Source of the DNA: an uncultured Chloroflexia bacterium
GTDB taxonomy: Bacteria; Chloroflexota; Limnocylindria; Limnocylindrales; CSP1-4
Length of the DNA: 64,000 bases
NCBI GenBank assembly: GCA_963813335.1
Contig: CAWEYL010000003.1
Coordinates: forward strand, 256,001-320,000
Reading direction: 5' to 3'
In this document: positions 1 through 9,898 of the stretch, in pieces
How the letters are laid out: every line of letters begins with the position of its first letter
Position numbering within the stretch: position 1 is the stretch's first letter
Made by a program: the position numbers and the translations under genes
The notes under the pieces: generated by a model
Databases searched by the model: none
What the model saw: only the letters and a program-made list of their open reading frames with translations
Told to the model about the DNA's origin: nothing

Positions 1-37
1 ACTCACCGGCGCCTACGAGCGCCACCGGGCCGGGCAT
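1..37 (-). CDS. 5' end of a gene running off the window edge; possibly peptidase S51/type 1 glutamine amidotransferase-like
   Basis: ATG at 37 gives MPGPVALVGAGE; a TAGACT -10-like hexamer sits 7 nt upstream; only 12 codons are visible. Confidence 0.4.
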   Translation of the reverse strand, partial: MPGPVALVGAGE

Positions 38-108
38 GGCGGAGAGTCTAGGGCGGCGTGCTCGCGACCGTGTTGCGGCGCCTCGGACGCGCTGCGACAC
101 TGGCCGCA

Positions 109-1701
109 ATGACCAGCCGCCAGCGATGGACCCTCATCGCCGCGATCATCGGATCGGGCGCCGTCTTCCTTGACGGGACCATCGTCAATGTCGCCCTCAA
201 ACGGATCGGCCAGGACCTCCCGACGACGTATATCGGCGTCCTCGAGGGCCAGGCCTACGTCGTCAGCGGGTACCTCGCGGTCCTCGCGGCGCTGCTGATC
301 CTCGCTGGCGGGCTGTCGGACCACTACGGCCGCCGCCGCGTCTTCGCCATCGGGCTGGCAGGCTTCGGCGCCACGTCGGCGCTGTGCGGCCTCGCCCCGA
401 CCCTCGAATGGCTCGTGATCTTCCGGCTCATGCAGGGCGCGACCGGGGCGCTGCTCGTCCCGGGGTCCCTGTCGCTGATCACCCAGGCGTTCCCCGGTGC
501 CGAGCGCGGCCGCGCGTTCGGGATCTGGGCGGCCGCCACGTCGGCGCTGACCGTCCTCGGGCCGATCGTCGGCGGGACGATGGTCGACACGATCGGCTGG
601 CGGAGCGCATTCCTCATCAACGTGCCGCTCACGGCGTTCGCCCTGTGGGTGACGTTCCGCTATGTCGCCGAGTCGCGCGACACGGAGGCCCCCGGGCGGT
701 TCGACTGGCTGGGCGCGCTGGTGGCGGCGCTGGCGGTCGGCGGGCTCGCCTTCGGCCTGATCCGCGGGCAGGCCCACGCCTGGAGCGACGCGCTCGCGTG
801 GGGCGCGATCGTCGTCGGGGTCATCTCGCTGATCCTGTTCCCGATCCTCATGGCGACGCGCCCCAATCCGCTCGTCCCGCTCAGCCTGTTCCGGAACCGG
901 GCGTTCACCTCGATCAACCTGACGACCTTCTTCGTCTACGGCGCGCTCTACGTGAACTTCTGGTACACGAGCCTGGTCTTCCAGGGCGTGCTGGGCTACA
1001 CGGCGACGGGCGCGGCGATGATCGGCATCCCGACCGGGGTGATGCTGTCGCTGCTGTCGACGCGGATCGGGACCCTGGCCGGGCGCATCGGCGCCCGGCG
1101 CTTCCTCGTGGCCGGACCGATGCTGATGGCCCTCGCGCTGCTCTGGTATGCGCGGCTGCCCGCCGATTCCGAGCCATGGCTGGCCGCCCTCGAGACCCCG
1201 TCGAGCCTCATCCCGCCGACGGACGTCTTCATCGACGTGCTGCCGGCCGTGCTGCTCTTCGGGCTGGGGATCTCGCTGGTCGTGGCCCCGCTGACGGCCA
1301 CCCTGATGAACTCGATCCCGAGCCGGTTCTCCGGCCTGGGCTCGGCGATCAACAACTCGATCTCACGGGTCGGCCAGCCGCTGCTCGGCGCGTTCATCTT
1401 CATCGCCGCGAGCGCGACGTTCTACGCGACGCTCGGGAGCCTGGCGCCCTCGCTGGACACGTCCTCGGCCGAGGTGCAGGCGGCGTTCCAGCCACTCAAC
1501 CCGCCGCCGGCGAGCGCCACCCAGGAGCAGGTGACGGCCGCCACCCAGGCGTCGATGGACGCGTTCCACCTCGCGATGCTCGCATCCGTGGTGCTGCTGG
1601 TGGTCGGCGGGCTGATCTCGTGGGTGGGCCTGCGCGAGCCGGAGAGCTCGGCGGCGCAGAGCGGGCTGGATCCCGGGGAGGGCGTCCCGGCGGTCGGCTA
1701 G
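109..1701 (+). CDS. MFS transporter, DHA2/EmrB-like 14-TM drug:H+ antiporter family
   Basis: LDGTIVNVAL and GGLSDHYGRRR (MFS motif A), many TM segments; ATG 109 chosen over 58. Confidence 0.9.
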   Translation: MTSRQRWTLIAAIIGSGAVFLDGTIVNVALKRIGQDLPTTYIGVLEGQAYVVSGYLAVLAALLILAGGLSDHYGRRRVFAIGLAGFGATSALCGLAPTLEWLVIFRLMQGATGALLVPGSLSLITQAFPGAERGRAFGIWAAATSALTVLGPIVGGTMVDTIGWRSAFLINVPLTAFALWVTFRYVAESRDTEAPGRFDWLGALVAALAVGGLAFGLIRGQAHAWSDALAWGAIVVGVISLILFPILMATRPNPLVPLSLFRNRAFTSINLTTFFVYGALYVNFWYTSLVFQGVLGYTATGAAMIGIPTGVMLSLLSTRIGTLAGRIGARRFLVAGPMLMALALLWYARLPADSEPWLAALETPSSLIPPTDVFIDVLPAVLLFGLGISLVVAPLTATLMNSIPSRFSGLGSAINNSISRVGQPLLGAFIFIAASATFYATLGSLAPSLDTSSAEVQAAFQPLNPPPASATQEQVTAATQASMDAFHLAMLASVVLLVVGGLISWVGLREPESSAAQSGLDPGEGVPAVG

Positions 1702-1704
1702 CGG

Positions 1705-2253
1705 CTAGCGCGGCACCCGGAATGCGCCGCCGTGGCCCGGGATCACGATGTCGGCCACCTCCAGAACGCGGGCGCGACCGGCCTCGATGGCCGATTGGTC
1801 GTCGGCCAGCGGGTCGACCTCGGGCGTCTGGTCGGCCCGCCACCACAGGTGGGTCAGCGCGTAGGTCGCGTCGTCGGCGGTGACGATCAACGACGCGTCC
1901 TCGTTCGTGTGACCCGGGGTCAGCCACAGCTGGGCGTTCGGCGAGAGCTGGTAGCCGTCGCCGTCGTGGTCGAGCCACAGGTCGTCGCGATAGCGCGCCC
2001 AGAAGTCCACCACCTCGGCGTTCGGGAAGAGCGCGATGTTGACCGTGTGGTCGGGGTGGTGGTGGCTGATGAATACGTGTGTGACCGCGCCGGGCGAGAC
2101 GCCCAGGGCCGCCAGCGGATCGAGGATGCGCGAACGGTTCGCGACCATCCCGGGGTCGGCGACGATCAGGGCGTCGCCGTCGCGGACGAGCGTGACGCTG
2201 CTGCCGACCCGGTCGTCCGCGTAGCCGGCGTGGAGGAGATGTACCGAGGCCAC
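1705..2253 (-). CDS. Metallo-beta-lactamase-fold hydrolase
   Basis: SHHHPDH, TPGHT and IPGHG metal motifs. Confidence 0.88.
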   Translation of the reverse strand: MASVHLLHAGYADDRVGSSVTLVRDGDALIVADPGMVANRSRILDPLAALGVSPGAVTHVFISHHHPDHTVNIALFPNAEVVDFWARYRDDLWLDHDGDGYQLSPNAQLWLTPGHTNEDASLIVTADDATYALTHLWWRADQTPEVDPLADDQSAIEAGRARVLEVADIVIPGHGGAFRVPR

Positions 2254-2374
2254 GTCCGGATGCTACTGCCCGCCGCCGCCATGTCCATCGGTCGTCGCGG
2301 CACGCGCGATGCGGCGGCGTGGCGCGGTTCGCGGTGCGAGACTCGGGGCCAGATCCCGAACGAACGGAGGCCAG

Positions 2375-4030
2375 ATGCCCGCCGAACGCCCCGCCGACCT
2401 TGTCCTGACCGGCGGACGGATCGCCACGATGGACGCCGCCCGCTCCTGGGCCAGCTCGATCGCCGTCCGCGACGGGCGGATCGTGGCGGTCGGGACGGAC
2501 GGGCTGGTCCGTCCGTTCATCGGACCCTCCACCCGAGTGATCGAGCTGCGCGGGCGGACGGCGACGCCCGGCTTCCAGGACGCGCACGTCCACCCCGTCC
2601 ACGGCGGCCTCACGATGCTCCGCTGCGACCTGCACGAGGACGAGGAGTCCGGGCCCGGCCTGGACGTCATCGAGGCGTACGCCCGCTCGCATCCCGACGA
2701 GCCGTGGATCCGCGGCGGCGGGTGGTTCATGGCGGCCTTCGAGGGCGGGACGCCGCGGCGCGAGGACCTCGACCGGATCCTGCCCGACCGCCCCGCCTTC
2801 CTGACCAACCGCGACGGCCACGGGGCGTGGGTCAACTCGAAGGCACTGGAGCTCGCCGGGATCACCGCAGCGACCCTCGATCCTGCCGATGGCCGGATCG
2901 AACGCGATGCGGACGGCACGCCGTCGGGCACGCTCCACGAGGGGGCGATGGCCCTGGTGGAACGCCTGCTCCCCGACGACACCCCGGCGGAGCTGGAGGA
3001 GGCCCTCCGGCTCGGCCAGCGCCACCTCCACGAGTTCGGGATCACCGCGTGGCAGGACGCCATCGTCGAGCCGCACGTCGAGGAGCGCGCCTATGTGGCG
3101 CTGGCGAGCCGCGGCGAGCTCACGGGCCGCGTGGTCGGGGCGCTGTGGTGGGACCACCACCGCGGTGCGGACCAGATCGAGGAGTTCGTGGCGCGGCGGG
3201 AGGCGACCGCGATCGGGCGGTACGCGCCGACCAGCGTGAAGCTGATGATGGACGGCGTCCTCGAGAACTTCACCGGCGCGATGCTGGAGCCGTACGGCGA
3301 CGGCCACGGCGGGACCACCGGGAACCGCGGCCTGCTCCAGATCGATCCGGACGGGCTCGCGAGCTGGGTCCCGGCCCTCGACGCGCTCGGGTTCCAGCCC
3401 CATTTCCACGCGATCGGCGACTGGGCGGTCCGCGCGTCCCTGGACGCGGTCGAGGCCGCACGCCGCGCCAACGGGCCGTCGGACACGCGGCCGCACATCG
3501 CCCATATCCAGGTCATCCACCCGGACGACATCCCGCGCTTCCGCACCCTGGACGTGGCCGCGAATGCCCAGCCACTGTGGGCCTCGCACGAGAGCCAGAT
3601 GGACGTCCTGACGATCCCGTTCATCGGCGAGCGGTGGCGCTGGCAGTACCCGTTCGGGTCGCTCAAGGCGGCCGGCGCGCTGCTGGCGATGGGCTCGGAC
3701 TGGAGCGTCTCGAGCGCGAACCCCATCTGGGAGATGCACCTCGCGATCGAGCGGCAGACCCCGGCCCGCTACGCGGGCGAGCGCGACGTGTTCCTCCCCG
3801 ACGAGCGACTCGACCTCATCGATGCGCTCGCGGCGTTCACGATCGGCTCGGCGTACGTGAACCACCTCGAACGCGAGACCGGCACGCTCGAGGTCGGCAA
3901 GCTGGCCGACCTGGCGATCATCGACCGCGACCTGTTCGACCGCGGCGCGGGCACGGTCTTCGACGCGCGCGTCGTCGGGACCTTCATCGAGGGTGTGCCG
4001 GTGCACGAGGACCCTGCCCTCGACGGGTGA
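2375..4030 (+). CDS. Amidohydrolase-3 family (YtcJ-like) metal-dependent hydrolase
   Basis: PGFQDAHVH, HAIGD, HIAH, GSDW, GKLADL motifs; GGAGG RBS before ATG 2375. Confidence 0.9.
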   Translation: MPAERPADLVLTGGRIATMDAARSWASSIAVRDGRIVAVGTDGLVRPFIGPSTRVIELRGRTATPGFQDAHVHPVHGGLTMLRCDLHEDEESGPGLDVIEAYARSHPDEPWIRGGGWFMAAFEGGTPRREDLDRILPDRPAFLTNRDGHGAWVNSKALELAGITAATLDPADGRIERDADGTPSGTLHEGAMALVERLLPDDTPAELEEALRLGQRHLHEFGITAWQDAIVEPHVEERAYVALASRGELTGRVVGALWWDHHRGADQIEEFVARREATAIGRYAPTSVKLMMDGVLENFTGAMLEPYGDGHGGTTGNRGLLQIDPDGLASWVPALDALGFQPHFHAIGDWAVRASLDAVEAARRANGPSDTRPHIAHIQVIHPDDIPRFRTLDVAANAQPLWASHESQMDVLTIPFIGERWRWQYPFGSLKAAGALLAMGSDWSVSSANPIWEMHLAIERQTPARYAGERDVFLPDERLDLIDALAAFTIGSAYVNHLERETGTLEVGKLADLAIIDRDLFDRGAGTVFDARVVGTFIEGVPVHEDPALDG

Positions 4031-4159
4031 CCGACCCGCGCACCGGCATGGACGGATGACGATGCCTGTTTGGCATCGGACGTCAGTGTCGCGGCCGTGG
4101 ACGTCGGCGCATCTTCTCCTTGCGCCCCGGACCTACCGGGAGCGGGAAAGGAGAAACCA

Positions 4160-4348
4160 GTGAACGCCTACGCACTCCTCGCGGTGAACGAACACCTGGA
4201 GTACATGCGGGCCGAATCCGCGAGGCGCTATCGCTTCGCCCAGCCCGGACCGAGCCTCCGCGATCGGATCGCGTCGGTCACGAATGGTCTCCGCCGCTCC
4301 CTCGGTGGCGAGTCCGCGGCTCCGCTCCTCCCGACGCTCCAGGACTGA
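4160..4348 (+). CDS. Small hypothetical protein (62 aa)
   Basis: AAGGAG RBS before GTG 4160, GC3-biased codons, downstream hairpin. Confidence 0.65.
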   Translation: MNAYALLAVNEHLEYMRAESARRYRFAQPGPSLRDRIASVTNGLRRSLGGESAAPLLPTLQD

Positions 4349-5037
4349 CCGTACCGAGGCTGATCTCCCGCAGCAACGGTCCTCCTCCCTCCGATACGCG
4401 ACCGACCTCCGTTCCTCCGACGGGGGTCGTCGTGTGTCCGGCGCCCGTTGTCCGGGCTGAGGCCAGCGAGGTCGTCCGGGCGGTCGATGTCGCGAAGGGT
4501 CGCGCCGGCCGGGTCGTCCGCCCGCCAGTCCGCGTCCGGGACGACCGCGAGCGCGAGGCCGTCGCGCAGCGCGCGCAGCCGCCGCTCGTCCGATGCCAGC
4601 AGGGTCTCGGTGATGGCGATCGCCGGGCTCCGGCGAACGGCCATCGGCAACGGCCGGTGGCGGCCGCCGGCTTCCAGCACCGCGGCATCGACCGATGGGT
4701 CTCCGAGCGCGTCGATCAGCCGCCGCAGCACGGCCGGAACCAGCGTGGGCATGTCACCGCCGACGACGAGCACGACCTCGGCGTCGGTCGCGGCCAGGCC
4801 GGCATCGACGCCGGCGAGCGGGCCTTCGAAGGCGCGGGCATCGTCGATCCGGCGGGTACCGGCGGGGATCACCGTCGCGGCTCCCGGGGCCACGACGACC
4901 AGCACCTCGTCGACGACGCCGGCCACAGCGCCGACCGCGCGCGCCAGCATCGGGATGCCGTCGACCGGCTCGACGAGCTTGTCGCGGCCGAAGCGCGACG
5001 ACCGGCCGCCCGCGAGCACGATCGCGGCGGTCGTCAT
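4228..5037 (-). CDS. mobA: Molybdenum cofactor guanylyltransferase (true end probably near 4450; the C-terminal extension is suspect)
   Basis: VLAGGRSSRFGRDK, GPLAG, GDMP, DIDRPDDL motifs; ATGA-coupled to the selB stop. Confidence 0.88.
   Translation of the reverse strand: MTTAAIVLAGGRSSRFGRDKLVEPVDGIPMLARAVGAVAGVVDEVLVVVAPGAATVIPAGTRRIDDARAFEGPLAGVDAGLAATDAEVVLVVGGDMPTLVPAVLRRLIDALGDPSVDAAVLEAGGRHRPLPMAVRRSPAIAITETLLASDERRLRALRDGLALAVVPDADWRADDPAGATLRDIDRPDDLAGLSPDNGRRTHDDPRRRNGGRSRIGGRRTVAAGDQPRYGQSWSVGRSGAADSPPRERRRPFVTDAIRSRRLGPGWAKR
4404..4428. terminator. GC-rich hairpin between convergent genes
   Basis: GACCTCCGT-loop-ACGGGGGTC. Confidence 0.45.
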
Positions 5038-6862
5038 CGGGTCGTGGCCGAGGCGACGACCCCGGCGCGCGGTCCGGGGCGATGGCCCTCGGGCGTGCGG
5101 CGGAGGACGCCGCGGCGGTCGAGGTCCTCGAGGATGGCCATCACGTACCGACGGCTGGTGCCGGTGGCATCGCGCAGGGCCGCCGGGGTGAGCGGCGCGG
5201 CCGCCGCCAGGGCGAGCGCCTGGGCTGCGAGCGTGCGGTACGTGTCCGCGGCGTAGGCGAGGGACGGCTCGAGGATCACGATCCGGCCTGCGCGCTCGAG
5301 GGCCCGGATGCCGTCGGGCGGGCACCCGACCGCGCGGGCCGCGTCCGCGAGGGGCGGCGGCGCGACGACGGACAAGGCACGCTCGAGGCGGTCCATCGCG
5401 GCCAGCACGGCGGGGTCCGCGGCGGCTTCGGCGGCGCCGGGCAGCGTGACGCGGTCGCCGGCGCGGACCAGCCGACCGTCACGGACCAGGGCGTCGACCA
5501 GCGAGCCGGCCGCGGTCCGCGCGTCGTCCCAGGCGAGAGTCACGGAGCGGCGGATGGCACGGGCCGTCGCCGTGCGCAGGTCGGCCAGGCCCGTCCCACC
5601 ACCCACGGTCGACAGCGCCGCGTCGGCGGCGGACGCGGCGACATCGGGCGCGAGGCGGACGCCATCGATATCGACGACGGCGCCGTGGAGGTCGAGACGG
5701 GCGGCCGCGGCGGCCGAGCGATCCCCCGCCGCCACGGCCGCCGACGAGGGCCGCGACCCGCTCCACTGTCTGCCGACGCCGCGAGACCCCGCGCGCCGGC
5801 GCGACGTCGATGACCTGCCCGCCGACCACCTGGTGCGCCCCCGACGGCCGGCGCAGCACGAATCGATCGCCCGGCGCGGCGGCGACCGGCTCGGCGAGGC
5901 GCAGGATCGCGGCGGCGCCCGCGCCCTCGGGCAGGTCGATGGCGTCCCGACCGCTCCGACCGATCGCGGCATCGACGGCCGCCGTGCCGAGGTGCAGACG
6001 CGCCCGCGTCCGGTCCGGCAGGGCCGCGCGGAGCCGCACGAGCAGCCGGTCCGTCGCGACGACGCCCGGGTCCGCGGTGAGGACCTGGCCGCGCGAGAGG
6101 GTCGAGGCGTCGGCGCCCGCGAGGTTGACCGCGGTCCGCCCCGGCCCGGCGGCATCGACCGTCGCGTTGTGGACCTGGAGCTCGCGCGCGCGGACCTGTG
6201 CGTCACCCGGGACGCACGCGCAGGGAGGCGCCGCGCTCCAGCGGTCGGCCGCGGAGGCTTCCGGTGACGACCACCCCGCGGCCCTTGACGGCGAAGACGC
6301 GGTCGACCGCGACGGTCGATGGCCGCGCCGGCACGACGGCGGTCCGGCTCGCGACGGCGTCGCTGACGTTGCGCAGGGCCGCGCGCACCGCATCGATCCC
6401 GGTCCCGTCGATCGACGACACGGCCAGGACCGGCACCCTGTCGAGCGACGTCCCGGCGAGCAGCGCCCGGACCGCCTCGACCACCTCGTCGCGTCGTCCG
6501 TCCTCGACGGCGTCGATCTTGGTCACGACCGCCAGGCCGTCGCGGATCTCGAGCGCGTCGAGCAGCGCGAGATGCTCGAGCGTCTGTGCGCGCGGGCCGT
6601 CGTCCGCGGCGACCACCAGCAGCGCGGCATCGATCTCGCCCGCCCCGACGAGCATGTTGCCGACCAGCTTGTCGTGCCCCGGGACGTCGACGAAGTCGAG
6701 CTCGACGCCGTCGTCGAACGTGAGATGGGCATACCCGACGTCGATGGTCATCCCGCGTCGCCGCTCCTCGGGCAGGCGGTCGGCGTCGATGCCGGTCAGC
6801 GCGCGCAGCAGCGTCGTCTTGCCGTGGTCGATGTGCCCGGCCGTGCCGACGACGACGGTCAT
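5034..6862 (-). CDS. selB: Selenocysteine-specific elongation factor SelB (two frameshifts, ~6220 and ~5745)
   Basis: GTAGHIDHGKT, RGMTID, DVPGH, TKID G-motifs; C-terminal winged helix TSRRYVMAILEDLDR; protein split over three frames. Confidence 0.9.
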
Positions 6863-8178
6863 GTCCGTCCGTCGAGGGCCGTGGAGATGGCGCTGGCGAG
6901 CACGCCGTCCGCGTCGGGTTCGACGGTTCGCAGGTCGAGCACCACGCGGTCGCCCTCGATGCGACCGATGACCGCCGGGTCGCCGTGGCGAAGGGCGGCG
7001 AGCAGCCCGTTCGCCGAGCGCGCCTCGAGCGCGAGCCCGAAGGACGCGAGCGTTTCGCCCGGCAGCGAGCCGCCGCCGACCGTCGAGCGGAGCTCGACGA
7101 CCGACGCGCGCGAGCCGATCGTGCCCACAAGCGCCTCGGCCCTCGCCCGCAGCGTGTCCGCGGGGGTCGAGATCATCCGCCAGACCGGGATCGCCTCGAC
7201 CGCCCGGCCGGACCGGTACAGCCCGAGCGTCAGCGCGACCGCGGCGAGCGTGGCCTTGTCCGGCCGCATCGCGCGGGCCAGCGGGTCGCGCCGCATCCGC
7301 GCGACCAGGTCGGCCCGCCCGACGACCAGCCCGGCCTGCGGGCCGCCGACCAGCTTGTCGCCGCTGAACGTGACGATGTCCGAGCCGGCCGCCAGCCGCT
7401 CGCCGGGGAGCGGCTCGTGCGCGAGCCCGAAGGTCGCGGTGTCGAGCAGCGCGCCGGAGCCCAGGTCGTCGATGACGATGGCGCCGTGGCGATGGGCGAT
7501 CTCCGCGACCTCGCCGGGGTCGGGCGCCTCGGTGAAGCCGGTCATCGAGAAGTTGGACGGGTGCACGCGCAGGACGGCCTTCGCCCGGCCCTCGGCCAGC
7601 GGGGCCTCGAAGTCGGCGGCCCGGGTGCGGTTGGTCGTGCCGACCTCGATCAGCTTCGCGCCGGCGCGCCGGATGATCTCCGGGATGCGGACGCCACCAC
7701 CGATCTCGACGAGCTCGCCGCGCGAGACCACGACGCCGCCGCGTCCGGCCAGGCCGACGGCGAGCGCGAGCGCGGCGGCGTTGTTGTTGGTGACGAACGC
7801 GTCCTCGGCGCCGGTCAGCGCGATGAGGTGCTCCTCGGCGGTGCGGACGCGGGCGCCGCGGCGGCCGGTGTCGCGATCCAGCTCGAGCAGGAGGTAGCGA
7901 GCGGCGAGCGCGGCCGTGGCGTCGGCGACCTCCGCGGCCCATGGCGCCCGACCCAGGTTCGTGTGGACGATCACGCCGGTGGCGTTGAGGACGGGGAGCG
8001 GCCCGGACTCGGCGAACGACTCGATCCGGGCGGCGACCTCTGCGCCCAGCGCCTCCGTGGACCGCGCCGCCTCCCCCGCCGCCAGCCGCGCCCGCTCGTC
8101 GTCGACGACGGCGCGGGCCGCGTTCACGACCGCATCGACGCTGGGTGGTCGCGGGCGGTCGCTGGGCTTCGTCGACAT
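6859..8178 (-). CDS. selA: L-seryl-tRNA(Sec) selenium transferase
   Basis: NATGVIVHTNLGRA, VSRGELVEIGG, VHPSNF, DLGSG, FSGDKLVGGPQAG (PLP lysine). Confidence 0.96.
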   Translation of the reverse strand: MSTKPSDRPRPPSVDAVVNAARAVVDDERARLAAGEAARSTEALGAEVAARIESFAESGPLPVLNATGVIVHTNLGRAPWAAEVADATAALAARYLLLELDRDTGRRGARVRTAEEHLIALTGAEDAFVTNNNAAALALAVGLAGRGGVVVSRGELVEIGGGVRIPEIIRRAGAKLIEVGTTNRTRAADFEAPLAEGRAKAVLRVHPSNFSMTGFTEAPDPGEVAEIAHRHGAIVIDDLGSGALLDTATFGLAHEPLPGERLAAGSDIVTFSGDKLVGGPQAGLVVGRADLVARMRRDPLARAMRPDKATLAAVALTLGLYRSGRAVEAIPVWRMISTPADTLRARAEALVGTIGSRASVVELRSTVGGGSLPGETLASFGLALEARSANGLLAALRHGDPAVIGRIEGDRVVLDLRTVEPDADGVLASAISTALDGRT

Positions 8179-8271
8179 CGGGCCTCCGTGACGCGGGAAC
8201 GGGCTGGCCCGATGGAGTCTAGGTCGCCGGCGCCCTCACCGGTCGCACCGTCGCGGCATCATGGTCCCGAC

Positions 8272-8484
8272 ATGATCGATCCGACCGGCAGCATCCGACT
8301 CATCCGCGTCGAGCCCGCGGGGGTCTGGCACGTCGTCGCGCGGGATGGCGACAGCATCGCCGTCACCGCGTGCAGCATCGACCTCCCGGCCGGCGCCGAG
8401 CAGCGCGCGATCCCCGTCGAGAGCCTGCTTGCCGCGGGCCGCATCTGCCTCGACTGCGCGCAGGCGCTGCTCCACGCTGGCTGA
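8272..8484 (+). CDS. Small hypothetical protein with a possible Zn-binding H...C...CxxC
   Basis: 70-aa ORF with strong GC3 bias; WH..TAC..ICLDC pattern. Confidence 0.55.
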   Translation: MIDPTGSIRLIRVEPAGVWHVVARDGDSIAVTACSIDLPAGAEQRAIPVESLLAAGRICLDCAQALLHAG

Positions 8485-8577
8485 CGACGCGGATCGAGCA
8501 GGTTCGGAGAAGCCGGCGCTCGGCCGGCGAACGTAGCATCAGGTCACTTCAACGGATCCAGGACAGAGGAGACCGAT

Positions 8578-9018
8578 ATGGCTGACACCACGAAGACCAG
8601 CAACGGGTTCAGCGCCGACGAGAAGGCTGCGATGCGCGAGCGCGCCAGGGAGCTGAAGGCGGAGTCGCGAGCGAACGCCGATCGCGAAGCCGGGCTGAAG
8701 GACGTGCTCGCGAAGATCGCCGAGATGCCGCCGGCCGATCGCCACATGGCCGAGCGGATCCATGCCGTCGTCACGGCGGCCGCGCCAGCTCTCTCCCCGA
8801 AGACCTGGTACGGGATGCCCGCCTACGCGAAGGACGGCAAGCTCGTGTGCTTCTTCAAGGCAGCGTCGAAGTTCGACTCGCGCTACGCCACGTTCGGCTT
8901 CGAGGAGGCAGCCCGCCTCGACGACGGCTCGATGTGGCCGACGTCCTATGCCCTGACGGAGCTGACCGCCGCCGACGAGCAGCGGATCGGCGAGCTCGTC
9001 AAGCTGGCGGCGAGCTGA
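8578..9018 (+). CDS. DUF1801 (YdhG-like) domain protein
   Basis: PKTWYGMPAY, VCFF, RYATFGF motifs; GAGGAG RBS. Confidence 0.85.
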   Translation: MADTTKTSNGFSADEKAAMRERARELKAESRANADREAGLKDVLAKIAEMPPADRHMAERIHAVVTAAAPALSPKTWYGMPAYAKDGKLVCFFKAASKFDSRYATFGFEEAARLDDGSMWPTSYALTELTAADEQRIGELVKLAAS

Positions 9019-9026
9019 GGACCGAC

Positions 9027-9056
9027 CCGCTGTCCCGTTCGACGCGAGGACAGCGG
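9027..9056. terminator. Hairpin between convergent genes
   Basis: CCGCTGTCC...GGACAGCGG. Confidence 0.45.
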
Positions 9057-9072
9057 CCGGTTCCTGAAGTGG

Positions 9073-9255
9073 CTAGAAGCGCCGGCGACCTGGCGTGACG
9101 GCCGCGCCCACCACGGCGGCCTTGGCGACCGGCGATCGACCGGGATTGGACACGACCCCGCCGACGACGGCTGCCTTGGCGACCGGCGAGGGGCCGGGCT
9201 TGACCGCCGCGGTCACGACCGCGGCCTTGCCGAGACGGGACGACCTGAGTGGCAT
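9073..9255 (-). CDS. 60-aa peptide with three (A/G)KAAVV repeats
   Basis: AAGGAG RBS, starts 1 nt after the DUF6325 stop; MPLRSSRLGKAAVVTAAVKPGPSPVAKAAVVGGVVSNPGRSPVAKAAVVGAAVTPGRRRF. Confidence 0.65.
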   Translation of the reverse strand: MPLRSSRLGKAAVVTAAVKPGPSPVAKAAVVGGVVSNPGRSPVAKAAVVGAAVTPGRRRF

Positions 9256-9256
9256 G

Positions 9257-9715
9257 TCAGACTCCTTCGGCCACGAGGGCCTCGTCGGCCTCGATGGCGG
9301 CGATGATGGCCTGGACGGGGATCCGCCCGTTGGTGACCAGCTGCCCGCCGGCGTGGCGGATGGCCGCCCCGAACGGGGCAGCCCACAGGTTCTCGTAGAC
9401 GAGCACGGCGCCCAGGCTCCCTGGCGCCATGATCTCGCCGAACGTGAGGACGTCCTCCTCGGCCAGGGTCTCGGCCAGCTGGGTCTCGAGTCGGGCGAAG
9501 GCTCCGAGATCGTCGAGATCGCCCAGCTCCTGGGCCATGACGGTCCCATCCGTGCCCTTGCCGATGATCACCAGGTCCATGACCCGGATGATCCCGGCAT
9601 CGTGGAGCCGCAGTAGCTCCTCCGCGGCCTCGCCGGTGAACCGCTGCTCTCCAGCGGGGAATTCCACGACCAGGTAGTCGACCGGCCCCAGGCGGTCCAA
9701 CTCCGATTCGCTCAT
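9257..9715 (-). CDS. DUF6325 family protein
   Basis: GPVDYLVVEFP, IRVMDL, LVYENLWA, GRIP motifs. Confidence 0.8.
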   Translation of the reverse strand: MSESELDRLGPVDYLVVEFPAGEQRFTGEAAEELLRLHDAGIIRVMDLVIIGKGTDGTVMAQELGDLDDLGAFARLETQLAETLAEEDVLTFGEIMAPGSLGAVLVYENLWAAPFGAAIRHAGGQLVTNGRIPVQAIIAAIEADEALVAEGV

Positions 9716-9898
9716 GACCATTCCTTTCCGTGCGCTCCGGCGTCGGGCGATCGAGCTGCCCGTTGCGAAGCTGCGAGGACGGTCTGGGGGCCGTCACCTC
9801 GACAGTCTCGGCCGCGGCAGGCGCCGTCGCCCGAGGTCGATGCCGCTCGATGGTACGTCGGACCGCCGGCGGCGTCGCGGGCCATACGGCGGGAACGC

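Noticed and set aside
4346-4363. Possible Sec read-through of the TGA ending the small ORF (D-*-PYRG-*)
   Set aside because: No SECIS-like hairpin at the right distance and no Cys/redox context
4228-4450. Functional C-terminal extension of MobA
   Set aside because: Low-complexity, Arg-rich, crosses a terminator hairpin and overlaps the opposite-strand small gene; probably a lost stop or indel
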